Assembly: GCA_049512935.1 (NCBI GenBank)
Contig: JBEKWR010000036.1
Coordinates: 1-10,575 of the forward strand
Reading direction: 5' to 3'
Length of the DNA stretch: 10,575 nt
DNA from: Candidatus Bathyarchaeia archaeon
Lineage (GTDB): Archaea; Thermoproteota; Bathyarchaeia; Bathyarchaeales; Bathycorpusculaceae
In this document: one piece after another, positions 6,484 to 10,575 of the stretch
Position numbering within the stretch: position 1 is the stretch's first letter
Layout: each line of letters starts with the position of its first letter
Made by a program: the position numbers and the translations under genes
The notes under the pieces: model-generated
Database searches by the model: none
What the model saw: only the letters and a program-made list of their open reading frames with translations
Told to the model about the DNA's origin: nothing

Positions 6484-7638
6484 CTATTTATATGTGTAGT
6501 CTCCTCTATAGAATGATTCTAAATTCTTGACATATTCGGTATACTGATAATGTTTTTGACAAATAGCAAATTGTTCACTTTGATAACTTGTAAATTCTTT
6601 TTCATTATCAAGATCTCTTATGTCTGAACATATTTTTTCAATCATTGAATCATATGTATCATAGATTGTTCGCAGTGACTTAAAATCTTCTGTAAAAAAG
6701 GAAGCATTATAAACGCTAAAACTTATACTACCGCTAAATATAGGTTCAACAAAATACCCGTCTAAGCCTTCACCGAAGGTCAAAGCCCATTTTGCCTTGG
6801 AAATAGTTGCTTTGTACTCTGAATAGGTCATTTTCGCGATAATTTGAATTTTCATTTGAGGAAATCGTCGAGCAATCAAATTAAGCACTTCAGATTTCCT
6901 GGAATGCAAATCAGGAGAAACTATCATCAAGTTTTCTTTTTCAGAATAATTTATGAAATGATATTTTTCGGGACTTACAAAAGTTGATAAACCATGTAAA
7001 GGAAAGCCTAGGTTATTTCTAAGTTGAATAGTCAAATACTTTGAGTGGGCAGTAGTACAAGTCAGTTTTCCAAATCTGCTCAGTTTGGTTATAATTCTTA
7101 CGGAGGGCAATAAGTCTATGTTTTGTATTAAAACGTTAATTTCTACAGTCTTTATTTCTTTCAGTCTAAGAAAATCTTTATGAGAAGAACGCGACAAGAA
7201 TTGAGAAACCGCGTGTTCAGGAATATGTATTTGCAAATACTCGAGTTTATCAAAGTACTTAAGCACCTGGGAGAAACAAAACAGAATATTATCATTTGCA
7301 AATTTGGTGTATTTTAGTAGAGGAGGGTCTCCTGGGTAATTGCAAAGTAATGTTTCTGCGCCGTGCACGGCTTTAAGCTTTTCAGTTTCTTCAAAAATTG
7401 ACGAAATTGAAAGAACTCCGCCATTAACAATGTCAGAACCTGGAGCCAAAAAAATAATTAACCTTTTGGCATCGCCGTCGTATTTCTCCTCTAACAATTT
7501 CTTTTGAAGTAATCGCATCCTGCGCGACTTGGGCGTGGCTGAAAACAAACGCTTGCGGGCACGGTCAATAGTCTTAAAAACAGGTCTACTAAGTCGTGAT
7601 GGCACTCGGGAAACACAGCCTTGCAAAAAATCATTCAC
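6484..7638 (-). CDS. Hypothetical protein, probable divergent GT-B (GT4-like) glycosyltransferase
   Basis: 384-aa ORF, GTG start behind GAGGCGG. N-terminal beta-strand followed by GG (IIFLAPGSDIVNGGV) and a C-terminal EX7E (EGLDGYFVE). The CDS is firm; the function is inferred. Confidence 0.6.
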   Translation of the reverse strand: MNDFLQGCVSRVPSRLSRPVFKTIDRARKRLFSATPKSRRMRLLQKKLLEEKYDGDAKRLIIFLAPGSDIVNGGVLSISSIFEETEKLKAVHGAETLLCNYPGDPPLLKYTKFANDNILFCFSQVLKYFDKLEYLQIHIPEHAVSQFLSRSSHKDFLRLKEIKTVEINVLIQNIDLLPSVRIITKLSRFGKLTCTTAHSKYLTIQLRNNLGFPLHGLSTFVSPEKYHFINYSEKENLMIVSPDLHSRKSEVLNLIARRFPQMKIQIIAKMTYSEYKATISKAKWALTFGEGLDGYFVEPIFSGSISFSVYNASFFTEDFKSLRTIYDTYDSMIEKICSDIRDLDNEKEFTSYQSEQFAICQKHYQYTEYVKNLESFYRGDYTYK

Positions 7639-7742
7639 TGAAATAGCCGCCTCAATTTATTTTTCTTCCAATTAGCATTCAAAGGCACCATGGATCTGAA
7701 ATTAGAGTTTGTTGCTAAACTTTTGTGTCTATAATCAAGTCT

Positions 7743-7755
7743 CAATATTAAGTTT
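7743..7755 (-). promoter_or_regulatory. Possible BRE/TATA promoter for the 7638-4597 gene run
   Basis: Minus strand AAACTTAATATTG shares its core with 2191-2203 and lies about 105 nt upstream of the GTG. The AT-rich background weakens the call. Confidence 0.35.
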
Positions 7756-7878
7756 GTTGCTTCATTAGAAGATTTTGAAAAGAACCCAAAATAGAAGATA
7801 AGAACCTCATAATGCTCTTTTCTGTCACTATAGTTAAACCAGGATTCACATCACGAATGTGAGCTATAAATCACAATT

Positions 7879-8868
7879 TTATCTCTTTTGCTGAAGTAGA
7901 TTTTCTTGCAGCATGTTAAATGACAAAAATATATTTCTTTGAAAAAGAGCATCATCAGAAATTGACCGAATATCAATTTGCACTTTTTGTCTCTTTTGCC
8001 AGATTTTTCTTAAATTACGAACGTTAAAAAGAATCGCTCTTAATCTAATCAAATGTTCTGTTCTAATTGAGCGCATGTCTGTTGCAATTTTTATAAACAG
8101 CAAAGGAGGAAGGTACTTAGCAACATTCATAAGATCATAATTTTTCAAAAGTGTTGTTATATGATTCCTATGAAAACAATAATAAGTTTCTAATTTTTTT
8201 CGAGAAATTGAAGCGCCTCCTGCATGAAAAACAATTGATTTGGGGACAAACAAAATTTTATACCCCTTTAACCAAATTCTCCAACATAAATCAGTCTCTT
8301 CATATTCAAGAAAATAATCTTCGTCAAAGAGACCGACTTCATTTAAAACTTTTCGTTTTACTGCAAACGCCGCTCCTTTAGCCCAAAAAATCTCTGTGAT
8401 TTCGTCATATTGACCATAATCATATTCTTCTATGCCTCTGACAATGGGAGAAATAAAACGGTCGACGTATCCTCCCGCATTATCAAATTTCCGCCTTTCA
8501 TGCATCAGAAGCAATTTGCATTGTGCTGCTCCAATGTTGCGATCGGTTTTCATAACATCGATTAATTCTTTCAGCCATTTTTCTTCTACCTCAGTATCGT
8601 TATTTAGAAAAACCAAGTATTCGCCTTTAGAATGTTTTATTCCGACATTATTGCCCATGGCGAAGCCCAAATTTCGTTGATTCTGAGTTATTTTCAGGTT
8701 TTGGTTGGGATATTTTGCCTTAGCAAATTCGATACTTCCATCTGTGGATGCATTGTCGACTAAAATTACTTCCAAATTGGGGTAATCGCTTTTAAAAACT
8801 GAAGATAAACAGTTCTCAAGTAAACGTTTGTTGTTGAAATTAACGATTATTACAGATACTAACGGCAA
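7879..8868 (-). CDS. Family 2 glycosyltransferase (GT-A; rhamnosyltransferase/WbbL-like subgroup)
   Basis: VSVIIVNFN, VDNASTDGS, NLGFAMGNN, FLNNDT, GAAF, GLFDEDYF, EETDLCWR and VFHAGGAS. Confidence 0.94.
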   Translation of the reverse strand: MPLVSVIIVNFNNKRLLENCLSSVFKSDYPNLEVILVDNASTDGSIEFAKAKYPNQNLKITQNQRNLGFAMGNNVGIKHSKGEYLVFLNNDTEVEEKWLKELIDVMKTDRNIGAAQCKLLLMHERRKFDNAGGYVDRFISPIVRGIEEYDYGQYDEITEIFWAKGAAFAVKRKVLNEVGLFDEDYFLEYEETDLCWRIWLKGYKILFVPKSIVFHAGGASISRKKLETYYCFHRNHITTLLKNYDLMNVAKYLPPLLFIKIATDMRSIRTEHLIRLRAILFNVRNLRKIWQKRQKVQIDIRSISDDALFQRNIFLSFNMLQENLLQQKR

Positions 8869-9129
8869 GCTTTCCAGATTAGCGCACCTCTTAAGATGAT
8901 ATTTAGCGCATACACTATTTCAAACAAGGCAAGTGAATGCTCTTTTATTTTGCAAATTTTACGCATCTCAATGGTACAGACTATGAATTCATAAGGGCAT
9001 TAACCATAGAAAAGTTTAGGTAACAGTCAGAAGTTTTTGTTTGTGCCATATTTACTTTCATTGAAGCGGTCGTCCAACAATTTTAATAAATCGCTAATTG
9101 AATGCTCTGTTCTAAATCTGTTTCAACCC

Positions 9130-10575
9130 TTACTTTGTACCGTTGGAATCAAGGTTTGTATTGATTGGCTCATAGATACTAACGGTATTCCAACTCGCAA
9201 CTAGCTTAAAGGAATTAGAGGAAAATTTGGCGATCCCATCAAAAGGCAATAATTGATTACCTGTTGGAGCAGGATATACCGCGTACATTGATTGGGAATT
9301 TATCCATGCCGAAGTTCTAGTTGTTATGACAATAACGTCAGCTTGTTTTGGTAGTTCATTATAGTAAAGGCTAAGGTTGGATACATTATCGTCAGTGAAA
9401 TAATTATAAAGCACACTTGTTAAATTGGCAAATTCATCCGGCGATGGCGTATGTCCATTAATAATGAAAGATGTTGAAGAATTACGGATTGTAAGCCCTC
9501 TTAATACATACCCTGTGGAAGGATCAGTTATAACATAAGTGTTTGGAGGCGTATTTTGCTGTATCCACTTTGCAGATAGATATTCGTCTTTTGAAATATT
9601 TGAATCATGTGGAACTGCTGTCGCATAAGACAAAAAGTTCGGCAAAGATAAAGCAAGTGTTAGAATTATAAACAAACAAGAGAATATTACTATTAATTTG
9701 CCAAATCGAGATTTGAATATTGATTTATATAAGTGTCCATTCGTTTTCTGTGCTTTATATTTAGAGAATAACATTTCGAGTAACGTAGAAAAAGGAATTG
9801 CTGCAATTATTGCAAAGAAGCACCGGAAAAATATCTCGACTCTTATTGAGGAGAATGGGGGCAGAAAATAAACTATCAACAATGATATTGCGTAAATTGC
9901 AATAAAAGAACTCTCGACTTCCGCAGCCTTAAGGTATTTTAATAAAACAATGCAGCAACCGGCAAAAAAAAGGACAATAAATATGATTGGGTAAACGTCG
10001 GTGATCATCCCGATTTTTTGAACCGCGGGAAAAGTACCGGGCGTAAGTAAATAGGAGCCAGTCCATGATAATGCTATCATAACTACAAAAATCGAACATG
10101 AAATTAAAGCAAGGCGATTTCTTGACCATCGGCCTCTGAATCTTTTTGTGATAACAAGAACAAGAAAAAGCGGAAGTGTTACAACAATCGGAAAATAGTA
10201 TACTACGTAAAATAAGAATAGAAACACAAGTAGAAGGCTAATATAAAATCGCGTAAAATCCTCAAATCCAATGATAAAATTCAGAATAAGCAAGAAAATA
10301 AGCATGGACAAAGTTGATGGAAAAAGATATTGTGGGCCGAGAAAAGTTTCACTACCAGGAATTAGCAGGGCAATTGTTGAAGCAAAAAAAGCTATTGAAC
10401 ATTTCTTAGTGAAAGATAGTGATGTTTCATAAATCAAGACACCAAATAAAGGAATCACAATAAATGAGGATGCCCAAAAAATTGAATACGGATTAGCACC
10501 CACAACATACGAAAGCGAAGCAATCAAATCTTGGAAGAAATAAGCAGTCGGCATTACTATTCCCACAGAAGCAGG
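9130..10575 (-). CDS. Multi-pass membrane protein with a soluble C-terminal domain, possibly GT-C fold; 5'-truncated by the window edge
   Basis: The frame stays open from the track's GTG at 10566 to base 10575. Many hydrophobic segments are followed by a ~165-aa polar domain starting DEYLSAKWIQQNTPPNTYVITDPSTGY. Confidence 0.75.
   Translation of the reverse strand, partial: PASVGIVMPTAYFFQDLIASLSYVVGANPYSIFWASSFIVIPLFGVLIYETSLSFTKKCSIAFFASTIALLIPGSETFLGPQYLFPSTLSMLIFLLILNFIIGFEDFTRFYISLLLVFLFLFYVVYYFPIVVTLPLFLVLVITKRFRGRWSRNRLALISCSIFVVMIALSWTGSYLLTPGTFPAVQKIGMITDVYPIIFIVLFFAGCCIVLLKYLKAAEVESSFIAIYAISLLIVYFLPPFSSIRVEIFFRCFFAIIAAIPFSTLLEMLFSKYKAQKTNGHLYKSIFKSRFGKLIVIFSCLFIILTLALSLPNFLSYATAVPHDSNISKDEYLSAKWIQQNTPPNTYVITDPSTGYVLRGLTIRNSSTSFIINGHTPSPDEFANLTSVLYNYFTDDNVSNLSLYYNELPKQADVIVITTRTSAWINSQSMYAVYPAPTGNQLLPFDGIAKFSSNSFKLVASWNTVSIYEPINTNLDSNGTK

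Noticed and set aside
7706-7761. 11-bp direct repeat AGTTTGTTGCT (7706-7716, 7751-7761) as a CRISPR remnant
   Set aside because: Only two short copies, no array and no cas genes.
7846-7875. TCACAT/ATGTGA inverted repeat and TGTGA-N8-TCACA resembling a CRP site
   Set aside because: The spacer is 8 nt rather than 6, the arms are short, and the context appears archaeal.
5735-10129. Short ORFs 5735-5980, 8151-8381, 8432-8680 and 9929-10129
   Set aside because: Nested within longer, well-supported genes on the opposite strand or in another frame.
9130-10575. Calling the membrane protein aglB
   Set aside because: The WWDYG motif is absent and only part of the gene is visible.

Overview
Surface-glycan (glycosylation) biosynthesis locus, probably archaeal: BRE/TATA-type promoters, GGAGG/GAGGTG ribosome-binding sites and frequent TTG/GTG starts. 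Bathyarchaeia is a guess only. Almost all genes are on the minus strand. From right to left: a partial multi-TM membrane protein with an AglB/STT3-like C-terminal segment lacking WWDYG; a GT2 glycosyltransferase; an unannotated GT-B-like protein with an EX7E motif; an ATP-grasp/HAD fusion abutting a small SAM methyltransferase; a VioA-like sugar aminotransferase; a plus-strand SAM methyltransferase; UDP-GlcNAc 2-epimerase (wecB); and the 5' end of a cobalamin-binding, probably radical SAM, gene that is missing from the ORF track. The main unexplained structure is a diverged ~200-bp direct repeat (~345-562 and ~1933-2149) bracketing wecB. It copies the promoter and first codons of the B12 gene, is frameshifted in the second copy, contains a perfect 16-bp palindromic TATA box, and ends where the sequence switches from GC-richer to AT-rich. 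No RNA genes, CRISPR arrays or transposases were seen.
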